A DNA stretch of 64,000 nt from Eledone cirrhosa (Eukaryota): positions 16,182,001 through 16,246,000 of the forward strand of contig OZ024766.1 in assembly GCA_964016885.1 (NCBI GenBank), in the 5' to 3' direction. Below, piece after piece: positions 51,803 through 64,000 of the stretch. Numbering within the stretch: the first letter of the stretch is position 1; the number at the start of each line of letters is the position of its first letter. The notes under the pieces are model-generated. The model was not told the origin of the DNA. It searched no databases and saw only the letters and a list, made by a program, of their open reading frames with translations. The translations under genes and the position numbers were made by a program.

Positions 51803-54544
51803 TAGAGATAAGGATGAAAAGCAAAGTTAATCCCTCAGAGGTTAGCTTTGCCTTTCATCCCTACGGGGTCGATAAAATAAAGTACCAGTAATGTACTGGT
51901 GTATTTGCTGGCCTTGTACCTAAAGTGGAAACAATTATTACGGGGTCGATAAAATAAAGTACCAGTAATACAATATGGCAATTGCTGGCCTTGTGCCAAA
52001 AGTAGAAACAATTATCACATTTCTTTTTAATAAATCACATCACTATAGAATTAAATACGACTGGAACTGTGTCTCAAGGTATTAAATTATGTCAGGGACT
52101 TTTAACGTTTGACACCGTACGAGAGTTGAAACATTCGCTAAGACACCGAGTACCTGCTGTCTTCATTATAACTTTAATTAATCTAATTATATCTTGTGTA
52201 ACAATTATATATATATACAGACACACAATTTTAATTCCCCGACATCAGTCTTACACTGTCATATATATTCTTACTTTACAATTGTGTCTACTAAGAGTTC
52301 CATTACAATCTGTAGTAGTAAAACTACTATTTCACCAGAACATCTGCTCTCAGTCATTTATAGACAATATATATATTTTAGACCACATATAAACCTAATA
52401 TATTTCCTATCAAATCTGTAGCTTAAGACATAAAGTCAGCCTCACTACTTCATTCTGACAAGATATCAATTTATGACTAAAGATGAAGAAGATACACCAA
52501 CGTTAATGTCGTGAAATAAAGCTGATAACATTGGAACTTCTAATTTGATAACAAAGAGATTATTTCTTTGGTTGTTTAGTAACAACTAACAACACAATAC
52601 ATTGATTATATGTGAAGGAGGTAAGTTGACAAAGATTTACTTAATGTCTATATTAATGTGTGTAAATAATATAATTATTTTAACCCTACAACGCACCAGT
52701 AATTAACCAGATTCCACTGTTACATGTGATATAAAATATATTGTTATGACTGTCTTTATTATTTAAATTACCTCCGTCTATTTAATTATCTTGTTCACTA
52801 CCTTACATTATAAAATATAGTTTATATTTAGCGATACCTTCTTATTGCTTTAAGTAAGTTAAAGATATATTTATTATTTAAATTACCTCCGTCTATTTAA
52901 TTATCTTGTTCACTACCTTACATTATAAAATATAGTTTATATTTAGCTGTACCTTGTTATTGCTTTAAGTAAGTTAAAGCTATATTTATTATTTAAATTA
53001 CCTCCATCTATTTAATTATCTTGTTCACTACCTTACATTATAAAATATAGTTTATATTTAGCTATACCTTGTTATTGCTTTAAGTAAATTAAAGATATCT
53101 TTATTATTTAAATTACCTCCGTCTATTTAATTATGTGGTTCACTACCGTACATTATAAAATATATTTTATATTTAGCTGTACCTTGTTGTTGCTTTAAGT
53201 AAATTAATATTTTGTCTAGTTTAGTCTAAATCTCTTACAATTTAATTAACTTCATCTACTTATGGTTGAACATTACTTTATTGTGGGTTTCATTTCATTA
53301 TAATTATGTCTGAGTTAGCCAGCCAAGTAGGGGTTGAGTATTTCAGGGAACTGCTTTGATGGTGAAGGGACATCTGTTGGTGTGGGATCTCGGTGGCTGT
53401 ACATACTAAGGTTCTAATACTCTAAAGAGCTAGCTGAATAACCGTCTGATACATGTCTTGTATAGAGGATCATAAAGCCATGTATAGAAGAGCAGTCAGC
53501 AATGTCAGGATTAACATTCATAGTGAAGTGGCAGTATCGGTAGGGAGTCGGACACCATGCTTTTAAGCACAGAGTTACGTCCCTTTATGATCTGAGTTCA
53601 AATCCCGCCGAGGTTAACTTTGCCAATCATCCTTATGGGGTCGATAAAATAAAGTACCAGTAATGTACTGGGTAATTGCTGGCCTTGTGTTTAAAATAGA
53701 AACAATTATAGTGAATAATTTGGAGTGTAGTCTGGTGTCCACCAGGGCTCTGTTCTTAGCCCTCACTTAGTTATTATCGCCCTGCAGCCTATAACAGAGA
53801 TGTTTAAGACTGGCTGCCCATGGTAACTCTTGTATGCACAGCAGGTCCTGAAGAATGCGATCATGTGCATTTTCAAGGTCTGTAAAACGATAATATATAC
53901 CTCTTGGCAATACTCCCACGATTTCTCAAAACCTGCCACAGTGTGAATATTTGGTGGGTTATGTTGCACCCAGGGAGAAAACAGCACTGTCCATCAGCTA
54001 GCTTGGACTCGCTACATCACTTTGCCAGAAACTTAGCATATACTTTACCAGGGAGTCTTAACAAGGTGATCCCTCTCTATTTGGAACAATCTCTCGTGTC
54101 TCCCTTTTTATAAATTGGGATTATCACTCCCGATTGCCTTTGCTTCAGTGCCATTTCAGAGACCCAGGCCATCTGACACACATGAGTCGGTCATATTTGA
54201 GCTCTTTAATTGCTCTTGTGACCTCAGCCTCCGAGAGATTAGTCACCGCTATCAGATTCACCTCATGTACATCCGAAGATGCTGTTGTGATCGGGTTTAG
54301 GAGATCAGAACAGTATTCTCTCCACCTCATGAGAAGAGAAACCCAGATGCACTCATGGTTGCAGGTGTGGAGGAAGATTTCTTGTAACTAATTAAAAACT
54401 AAAATAATTTGATTTTTCAATAAAAAGTTTCCAGGGTTTATAGATGTAAAATTTCCACTGTTAAATCTATCTCTGCTTCTTAAGTATTCTCTATTATCTG
54501 ATACTGTTTTGTTTTCATTTCAGAATATCAGATGACATTGGGAT

Positions 54545-54776
54545 AAATTATTATTTTCAATCTTGGATACATCACCTCTATTTATCATCATTTGAAGATT
54601 AAAACTTTTTAAACAGAACTTATATAACACTGTTTATATAAATCTATCAGAATTACTGTGAAAATAATTATTTTCAATCTTGGATACATCACCGCTATTT
54701 ATCATCATTTGAAGATTAAAACTTTTTAAACAGAACTTATATAACACTGTTTATATAAATCTATCAGAATTACTGT
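54545..54776 (+). repeat. ~117-bp tandem duplication in the 5' UTR of gene 6
   Basis: ttttcaatcttggatac at 54554 and 54671; single copy in all other paralogs. Confidence 0.88.
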
Positions 54777-55020
54777 CATATATTTCCTCAGAACTGAGTT
54801 TAAAGACAACATTCCTTTTCTTCACTGTGTGGTATATATATGAGAGATATATTTTGTATTTTAACTCAACTTCAATGACAAAGAAGTTTGCATCATCTTC
54901 AGATATTAACTGAGATCATAATTGAGGGAAATATAACGGAAGAAATATTTTTTAGGAATATAATATAAAAAATATTAAAGAAGAACATCTGTAAATTCTG
55001 CCAAGGGAAGAAGAATTATT

Positions 55021-56019
55021 ATGGAAAATATATTGAGTGAAAAGAAAATTAAATGTGAAACAATGTCTAAAGATATGGCTATTACAGAAGAGATGTCAAA
55101 GGATAGAGGAGAGAAGCCATATCACTGTGATATCTGTGGTAAATCATTCTCTGTGAGTAGTAAATTAACTAGTCACAAACGTACCCATACAGGAGAGAAG
55201 CAATACCACTGTGATATCTGTGTTAAATCATTCTCTCAAAGTAGTATATTAACTAGCCACAAACGTATACATACAGGTGACAAACCATATCACTGTGATA
55301 TCTGTGGTAAATCATTCTCTCAAAGTAGTACCTTAACTAGACACAAACGTATACATACAGTAGAGAAGCCATATCACTGTGATATCTGTGGTAAATCATT
55401 CTTTGTTAATGGTAATTTAACAAGCCACAAACGTACACATACGGGAGAGAAGCCATACCACTGTGATGTCTGTGGTAAATCATTCTCTCAAAGTAGTAAT
55501 TTAACTAGCCACAAACGTATACATACAGGTGAGAAACAACATCACTGTGATATCTGTGGTAAATCATTCTCTCAAGGTGGTCACTTAACTGGCCACAAAC
55601 GGACACATACAGGTGAGAAGCCATATCGCTGTGATATCTGTGGTAAATCATTCTCTGACAGTGGTACCTTAACTAGCCACAAACGTACCCATACAGGAGA
55701 CAAACCATATCACTGTGATATCTGTGGTAAATCATTCTCTCAAAGTAGTATATTAACTAACCACATGCATATACATACAGGTGAGAAACCATATCGCTGT
55801 GATATCTGTGGTAAATCATTCTCTCTAAGTAGTATATTAACTTTTCACATACGTACCCATACAGGTGACAAACCATATCACTGTGATATCTGTGGTAAAT
55901 CATTCTCTGAAAGTTGTAACTTAACTAGACACAAACGTATACATACAGTAGAGAAGCCATATCACTGTGATATCTGTGGTAGATCATTGTCTAAATGTTG
56001 TATCTTCACTAGACACTAA
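55021..56019 (+). CDS. C2H2 zinc finger protein, 10 complete fingers plus a truncated 11th (332 aa)
   Basis: Leader MENILSEKK..; last finger [18 protein letters not shown] lacks the second His. Confidence 0.93.
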   Translation: MENILSEKKIKCETMSKDMAITEEMSKDRGEKPYHCDICGKSFSVSSKLTSHKRTHTGEKQYHCDICVKSFSQSSILTSHKRIHTGDKPYHCDICGKSFSQSSTLTRHKRIHTVEKPYHCDICGKSFFVNGNLTSHKRTHTGEKPYHCDVCGKSFSQSSNLTSHKRIHTGEKQHHCDICGKSFSQGGHLTGHKRTHTGEKPYRCDICGKSFSDSGTLTSHKRTHTGDKPYHCDICGKSFSQSSILTNHMHIHTGEKPYRCDICGKSFSLSSILTFHIRTHTGDKPYHCDICGKSFSESCNLTRHKRIHTVEKPYHCDICGRSLSKCCIFTRH

Positions 56020-57371
56020 CATATACAGGAGAGGAACCATATCACTGTGATATCTGCAGTAAATCATTCTCTAAATGTTGAGGCTTCCCTACACACTAAC
56101 ATATACAGGAGAGGAACCATATAATTGTGATGTCTGTGGTAAATCTTTTTCTAAATGTTGTGGTACCAACATAAGGTTACTTAATGTAACACAAACACAA
56201 TCAGACAAGATAAAAACTATGTCACTCACCCAAAATAGTGCCACCAATGTTGTTAATGTTTTGAATAAAACTTGTTTGTTCTGAAATTATTCTCCTTTCA
56301 TTTTATTTGTAGAAGTTGTAACCAAGACTTATGCTGAGAAATCTGTATGTTACAGAATTTACAAACACTGTATATATATATATATATGTGCCAAAACATC
56401 TATGATCTCGGTTTACAGCTGATGAAGGGTTTATTTTCTCCTTTCATCCATATTACCATCTCAAACTTTGTTTACAGTAACCACACAGCTCCTTTCGTTT
56501 CTTATAATTTTATATATATATAACAAAGGAGGTGTGGTAAAGAACCAGATGGACCATATACGCACCAGAGTACTCAATACTTAGGGTAGTAGAGCGGGTA
56601 ATAGGAAAATGTTTAACCCCGATGGCAGAGCTCAAGCCGTTTCGACGGCAATTTCTGGAAACAGTCCAGAAATAACCGTCGAAATGGCTTGAGCTCTGCC
56701 GTCGGGGTTAAACATTTTCCCATATATATATATATATATATATGTATGAGTGTATATGTCAGTGAGTAGAAATATCTGTCCATGAAAATGATTATCTTTA
56801 TTTGTGTATATATGTGTGTGTATGTGTATATGTATGTTTATAGGTGTTCTTATATACATGTGTGCACATATATATAAATACGGCCTCTTAATTGTAGAGC
56901 TGTTGAAAGAACCTGACTGCGGTTTCTAGTTGTCAATAACCCTATTCACGCCACTGGGACGAAGCTGGTATGATGTGTGTATTTTTAGTAGATACAGCAC
57001 GTGTTACTGGTCAGTCGCTGATTTGAACTTGATACGTAAACACAGATGGTTGGACTTCTTCCTGGTTGAGAATCCAAGATCTGGCTACTGTCGTTTACTA
57101 ATCGATTAATTGGTGAAATATATTTCTTTAATGGAATATATACAAGGAAGATTAATCATTTTCTAAGGTATCTATTTTTGAAGTTCTAGTTAAACTTTAT
57201 TTAGTTACCTACCTAGCTATGTGTGCTTACACACTTTTACAAATTATCCCCTGTGATTGTTTCATATATTTATTTATATGTCAATCAATTTCTAGTTGAT
57301 ATATATATATATATACGTGGAAAAGTAAAATATAGCAGAATAGACCGTTAAAAGATGTTTATTTAAAATAG

Positions 57372-57412
57372 CACCTACGTACGTTTCACCTGGATGGGCT
57401 TCTCAAGGGTAT
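57372..57412 (-). ncRNA. Candidate minimal type I hammerhead ribozyme (U3-A8 core variant)
   Basis: Minus strand ataccc-TTGAGAA-gcccatccaggt-GAAA-cgtacg-TA-ggtg; palindromic ACGTACGT at stem III; AATAAA just downstream (57363-57358). Confidence 0.55.
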
Positions 57413-58256
57413 AAATAACTAAAAAGTGTTCCTTACATGGCCCAGAATGTGTTTTTAGAGATAAGTTCACGTCAGAGTTCATTCTTCGCAAAAAAGCGAT
57501 GTTGCAGTAGGTCAAGGGAGGTAACTCTAGCTGGTGTTAGGGCAGTCTTTCCCGGAAAATTTTTTTATCTGTTAAAAGATATGGTTACAACCCTACCATT
57601 GTCGATACGCACAGGGTCAGGTATGCAACGTTTGTTTGCTGCACCTGCCCGCCTGGGTCACTTGAAGCCATGTCTGGGATGCATGGTTAGTTTCCGGATT
57701 TTTTTTGCAGCGCCTGCTATATATATATATATATATATGAGCGAGACACAGTCACCCGACCTAACTTGCTTCTAAATACGACAAACCCGTCCAACCCATG
57801 CTAGCATGGAAGATAGACATTAATCGATGATGATGATATCTAGGGATTGTAACATTACCACAACAGAAGTCTGACAAGCTTTTAATTCCAGAGTCAGGCT
57901 AGATCAATACAGATCAAACCTTGAGCTGATCGATAGCAAAACGTGCTTCACTGCTCAATAAATGTAATGAAGACATGACAAATTGTCCTCTCGCTCCCTC
58001 TCTATATATAGAGAAAAGGTGAAGTTTGAAATAGCACGGAAAATATATTTTAGGGCCTGTTTTTCTGTTATATATCTTTTGATTCGTTAAAGTGACCCTA
58101 TTGAAAAAATGGGAGGGACATCATCATTCATCATCATTTCATTTCACGTCCACTTTTTCCCTGCTTGCAAGGGTGGTACGGGAACTGATTGTGGCTTGAT
58201 TTCTAAAGCTGGATGCCCTTCCTAACGCCAACCTCATTTACAGTGAGTCCTGGGTG

Positions 58257-60365
58257 CTGTCATGTTGAATGTTTTTCATGTTGTTGTGGTAGGCATATTT
58301 CTGGTCATCCACCAGTCAAGGTTTATTTTCATCCACAATCTTACGCAACACTTCAATATCATGGTTTGTCTCCTGAAAAACTGATTGTATTACCTCAATT
58401 TCTTCTGGCTCTGGCATCCTGCATTGCTATTCATTGCTGGAATTCAATGGGACAGGTTGCAAAGAGGTTGATTGTAAATCTTGGAGGTAGATTCCACATA
58501 AATATTGCTATAACGTCTTTGGGCTAGGTGTAGATAGTCGTCTGACATATTGTATTTGTGCTCCTGCCAGGGTAGATGAGATTTATTCCACATGCTGTGA
58601 GTATAGTAGCAAACAACTGTCTTATTTAACTGGCTACACCAGTGACTGCTCCTTCTAGTACTTTCTCCCAATATCTGTTGTCATACAGGTGTCCATGGCT
58701 GTCTTATTTAACTGGCTACTCCTGTGACTGCTCCTTCTAGTCTCTTCTTCCAATGTCAGTTGTCATACAGGAGTCCATGGCTGTCTTATTTAACTGGCCA
58801 CTCCAGTGACTGCTCCTTCTAGTCTCTTCTTCCAATGTCAGTCATACAGGTGTCCATGGCTGTCTTATTTAACTGGCTACTCCAGTGACTGCTCCTTCTA
58901 GTCCCTTCTTCCAATGTCAGTTGTCATACAGGTGTCCATGGCTGTCTTATTTAACTGGTTACTCCAGTGATTTCCCCTTCTAGTCCCTTCTCCCAACGTC
59001 AGTTGTCACACAGGAGTCCATGGCTGTGTTATTTAACTGGCTACTGCAGTGACTGCTCCTTCTAGTCTCTTCTTCCAATATCAGTTGTCATACAGGTGTC
59101 CATGGCTGTCTTATTTAGCTGGCCACTACAGTGACTGCTTCTTCCAATGTCAGTTGTCATACAGGAGTCCATGGCTGTCTTATTTAACTGGCTACTCCAG
59201 TGACTGCTCCTTCTAGTCCCTTCTTCCAATGTCAGTTGTCATACAGGAGTCCATGGCTGTCTTATTTAACTGGCTACTCCAGTGACTGCTCCTTCTAGTC
59301 CCTTCTTCCAATGTCAGTTGTCATACAGGTGTCCATGGCTGTCTTATTTAACTGGCTACTGCAGTGACTGCTCCTTCTACTCTCTTCCAATGTCAGTTGT
59401 CATACAGGAGTCCATGGCTGTCTTATTTAACTGGCTACTCCAGTGACTGCTCCTTCTAGTCTCTTCTTCCAATGTCAATTGTCATACAGGTGTCCATTGC
59501 TGACTTATTTAACTGGCTACTCCAGTGACTGCTCCTGCTAGTCCCTTCTTCCAATGTCAGTTGTCATACAGGAGTCCATGGCTGTCTTATTTAACTGGCT
59601 ACTCCAGTGACTGCTCCTTCTACTCTCTTCTTCCAACGTCAGTTGTCATACAGGAGTCCATGGCTGTCTTATTTAACTGGCTACTCCAGTGACTGCTCCT
59701 TCTACTCTCTTCTTCCAACGTCAGTTGTCATACAGGAGTCCATGGCTGTCTTATTTAACTGGCTACTCCAGTGACTGCTTCTTCTAGTCCCTTCTTCCAA
59801 TGTCAGTTGTCATACAGGAGTCCATGGCTGTCTTATTTAACTGGCTACTCCAGTGACTGCTCCTTCTACTCTCTTCTTCCAACGTCAGTTGTCATACAGG
59901 AGTCCATGGCTGTCTTATTTAACTGGCTACTCCTGTGACTGCTTCTTCTAATGTCAATTGCCATGCATGAGTTGATGTTCTTTAGATGCTTCGTGGTATG
60001 TGCTGCACTCTGCCACCAAATCACCTGAGATCCTCAAATGACGTTGGTCCTTGAACAATATGCAGAAGTGGCTGTAAATAAAAACTCTCTCTGTTGTTGG
60101 GGTGGTCATTGTAAACATGCCCAATAGCATCACTTGCCTTGACTTCATCACCTTCCACTAAATGACCCTGCTTCCTTTGATTCGATGTCTTACAATTGGT
60201 CCATGTGTAGTATTTTGGGATGTCAGCATATAGGAGGGATCGAAAAAATTCTTTATTCTGGCAGTGTTTCAAAAAAAGCAGTTAGAGTAGTGTCAGGTGG
60301 TGTTGGTGTCAACTGATGAGCAGTGGTTTCAGTGAAGTACACACTCTGTCCATTTTCTATATGTA
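58257..60365 (-). mobile_element. Helitron RepHel relic, last copy (extra frameshift)
   Basis: ORFs 60021-60272, 59954-60151, 58444-58671. Confidence 0.88.
58617..59967. repeat. 82-bp VNTR, ~17 copies
   Basis: Tandem units, a few with small deletions. Confidence 0.95.
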
Positions 60366-60614
60366 TAGAGATAAGGATGAAAAGCAAAGTTAATCCCTCA
60401 GAGGTTAGCTTTGCCTTTCATCCTTACGGGGTCGATAAAATAAAGTACCAGTAATGTACTGGGGTATTGTCGGCCTTGTGCCTAATGTAGAAACAATTAT
60501 TACGGGGTCGATAAAATAAAGTACCAGTAATTCACTGGGGTAATTGCTGGTCCTGTGCAAAAAGTAGAAACAATTATCACATTTCTTTTTAATAAATCAC
60601 ATCACTATAGAATT

Positions 60615-63600
60615 AAATACGACTGGAAATGTGTGTGAAGGTACTAAATTATGGCAGGGAATTTTCACGTTTGACACCGGTACGAGAGTTGAAACATTCG
60701 CTAAGTCACCGAGTACTTGCTATCTTCGTTATAACTTTAATTAATCTAATTATATCTTGTGTAACAATTATATATATATACATACACGCAATTTTAATTC
60801 CCCGACATCAGTCTTACACTGTCATATCTATTCTTACTTTACAATTGTGTCTACTAAGAGTTCCATTACAATCTGTAGTAGTAAAACTACTATTTCACCA
60901 GAACATCTGCTATCAGTCATTTATAGACAATATATATATTTTAGACCACATATCAACCTAATATATATATATTTCCTATCAAATCTGTAGCTAAAGACAT
61001 AAAGTCAGCCTCACTACTTCATTCTCACAAGATATCATTTCATGACTAAAGATGAAGAAGATACACCAACGTTAATGTCGTGAAATAAAGCTGATAACAT
61101 TGAAACTTCTAATTTGATAACAAAGAGATTATTTCTTTGGTTGTTTAGTAACAACTAACAACACAATACATTGATTATATGTGAAGGAGGTAAGTTGACA
61201 AAGATTTACTTAATGTCTATATTAATGTGTGTAAATAATATAATAATGTGACCCACCCCTACAACGATCTAGTAATTAACCAGATTCCACTGTTACATGT
61301 GATATAAAATATATTGTTATCATGACTGTCTTTATTATTTAAATTACCTCCGTCTATTTAATTATCTTGTTCACTACCTTACATTACAATACTGTCTCAG
61401 CAATGGTGCTACTCCGGAGCAGTGGAAAACTGCCAGTGTCACTCCCCTGTTCAAAAAGGGGAACCGCATGTCACCTGTCAACTATCGTCCAGTCAGTCTT
61501 ACTAGCTGTATGGCCAAACTGATGGAATCCTGTGTCAGAGAAACACTTTGGAACTTCTGGAGCTCTCACAGCCTCATCCGGCCCTCACAGTTTGAATTTA
61601 TCCCTAACTCCAGCTGCTGTGATCTGCTTATCGAGTTCCTTGAGGACATCACCCGGATCACTGACAGCGGCTCATGGGTGGATGTTGTTTACCTTGACTT
61701 TGCTAAGGCTTTTAATTCTGTGCCACACAAAAGACTTATGGCAAAACTCTCTGCAATGGGTGTGAGGGATGATCTTTTCGACTGGCTGAAGTCCTTCATT
61801 CTCAGCCGAAAGGAAGTAGTCACGGTTCTAGGACAGCATTCTTCACCATATGAGATGTCATCTGGTGTACCACAGGGATCTGTTCTTGGTCCTCTTTTGT
61901 TTGTGGCATATATTAATGACATAGATGCCAACTTACAGAATGCCACGGTACTAAAATATGCAGATGACATCAAGCTGTACCTTGAAATCAAAAGGACTGA
62001 TCCTGAAATTTACAACTCTTTCCTACAGTCAGACCTGGACACAATGCAGCAATGGAACACAGACTGGCAACTGAAGCTGGCTGTGGACAAGTGTACCACC
62101 ATGCATTTTGGAAGGAAAAATCCAGCATCCACATACTCCCCCCACAACACTGACATCAAAAAGTCCTCTTGTGAACGTGACCTGTCAGCAACTATTTGCG
62201 TTGGACAAAGCATGTCTCTAAGATTGTCAAGAAGGCCGAGGGTGTCTTGGCATCACTCAACAAGACCTTTGTTAGCCGCTCTCCAGCCATCTATTTAAAA
62301 CTGTATACAGCTATGGTGCGACCACACTTGGAATTCGCATCATCAGTCTGGAACCCCTATCTTGCTCGGAACATTGACCTTCTGGAAACTGTTCAGAGAC
62401 GTGCAACCAAGCGCATACCCTCCATCAGACACCTACCATACTCTGAACGCCTTGCTTTCCTGGGCATGGATTCATTGAAGCTCCGACGTCTGGCAATGGA
62501 CTTGGTGAATACCCACAAAGTTTTTAACCATCTCGCCAACTGCAACCCTGAGCAGTCTCTTTGATCTCCATGTGTCTAACACACGTGGACATGCCTACAA
62601 GATAAGAAAACAGCACAGCTCCCATGACTTTCGCAGACATTTTTTCACGCTCAAAGTTGCTGAAGCATGGAATAAACTGCCTGCGTCAATTGTTAGCTGC
62701 CGAGACACTGCATCCTTTAAGACACTCATGCTTCCCGAAATACGCCAAAACTACACCTGATGTACCCCTTCCATACACATGCACACATGTGTGTATCATG
62801 ACTCGTGCACTGTTCATTTTACTGATGTTTGTGCATTGCCCTATGTACTGTACATGCACTTTTTTGATGAGTTGTGGTGCACCTGGGCACTGTACACAAT
62901 ATTTCATTATTGTTATTGTTATTATATCATGACTCATACACTGTTCATTTTCCTGACATTTGTACATTATTCTATGTACTATACATGCACCTTTGATGAG
63001 TTGTAATGCACCTGAGCACTGTACACAATAATTTCATTATTATAAAATAAAATATAGTTTATATTTAGCTGTACCTTGTCATTGCTTTAAGTTAGTTAAA
63101 TATATTTTTATTATTTAAATTACTTCCGTCTATTTATTTATCTTGTTCACTACTTTACATTATAAAATATAGTTTATATTTAGCTGTAAAGATATATTTA
63201 TTATTTAAATTACCTCCGTCTATTTAATTATCTTGTTCACTACCTTACATTATAAAATATAGTTTATATTTAGCTGTACCTTGTTGTTGCTTTAAGTAAA
63301 TTAAAGATATTTTTATTATTTAAATTACCTCCGTCTATTTAATTATGTGGTTCACTACCTTACATTATAAAATATAGTTTATATTTAGCTGTACCTTGTT
63401 ATTGCTTTAAGTAAATTAATATTTTGTCTATTTTAGTCTAAATCTCTTACAATTTAATTAACTTCATCTACTTATGGTTGAACATTACTTTATTGTGGGT
63501 TTCATTTCATTATAATTATGTCTGATTAGCCAGCCAAGTAGGGGTTGAGTATCTGTATTTCAGGGAACTGCTTTGATGGTGAAAGAACATCTGTTGGTGT

Positions 63601-64000
63601 GGGATCTCGGTGGCTGTACATAATAAGGTTCTAATACTCTAAAGAGCTAGCTGAATAACCGTCTGATACATGTCTTGTATACAGGATCATAAAGCCATGT
63701 ATAGAAGAGCAGTCAGCAATGTCAGGATTAACATTCATTATAGTGAAGTGGCAGTATCGGTAGAGAGTCGGACACCATGCTTTGAAGCACAGAGTTACGT
63801 CCCTTTATGATCTGAGTTCAAATCCCGCCGAGTTTAACTTTGCCAATCATCCTTATGGGGTCGATAAAATAAAGTACCAGTAATGTACTGGTTAATTGCT
63901 GGCCTTGTGTTTAAAATAGAAACAATTATAGTGAATAATTTGGAGTGTAGTCTGGTGTCCACCAGGGCTCTGTTCTTAGCCCTCACTTAGTTATTATCGT
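60615..64000 (+). other. 5' part (exon 1 and intron) of a further ZNF unit; CDS would lie beyond the window
   Basis: Donor at 61190, 115-bp VNTR, RTE relic and SINE 63748-63924 in the usual order. Confidence 0.75.
61387..63042 (+). mobile_element. 5'-truncated CR1-like non-LTR retrotransposon (RT domain, frameshifted) with duplicated 3' tail
   Basis: From 61387: WKTASVTPLFKKG..NYRPVSLTS..YLDFAKAFNSVPH..SGVPQGSVLGPLLF..YADD..VRPHLEFASSVWNP..LETVQRRATK..TRGH; frameshifts at ~62185 and ~62560; stop at 62760; (ATT)n-like tail. Confidence 0.92.

Overview
AT-rich eukaryotic DNA, most likely an octopus or other coleoid cephalopod (inferred from the [10 protein letters not shown]-type fingers, the lack of KRAB/SCAN/BTB domains and the SINE families). 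The window lies inside a head-to-tail tandem cluster of poly-C2H2 zinc-finger genes. Six intact single-exon CDSs are on the + strand (15, 23, 10, 15, 15 and 10+1 partial fingers), with the 3' tail of a further gene at the left edge and the 5' half of another at the right edge. The ~9-12 kb amplified unit is: non-coding exon 1 (GAG|GTAAGT); intron (115-bp VNTR, two RTE-type RT relics, a SINE with TSD); exon 2 (ZNF CDS, degenerate-finger 3' tail, AATAAA); two long palindromes; a Penelope-like relic with a hammerhead-like motif; a Helitron RepHel relic from which an 82-bp VNTR has grown; and a SINE-derived 77-bp VNTR. Partial duplications (3935 bp, 3569 bp) and a near-identical 12,389-bp duplication have left one coding exon without its own exon 1 and two exon-1 modules without a coding region. 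A 5'-truncated CR1-like LINE sits in the last intron. All coordinates were read by eye and may be off by a few bases; no database searches were run.
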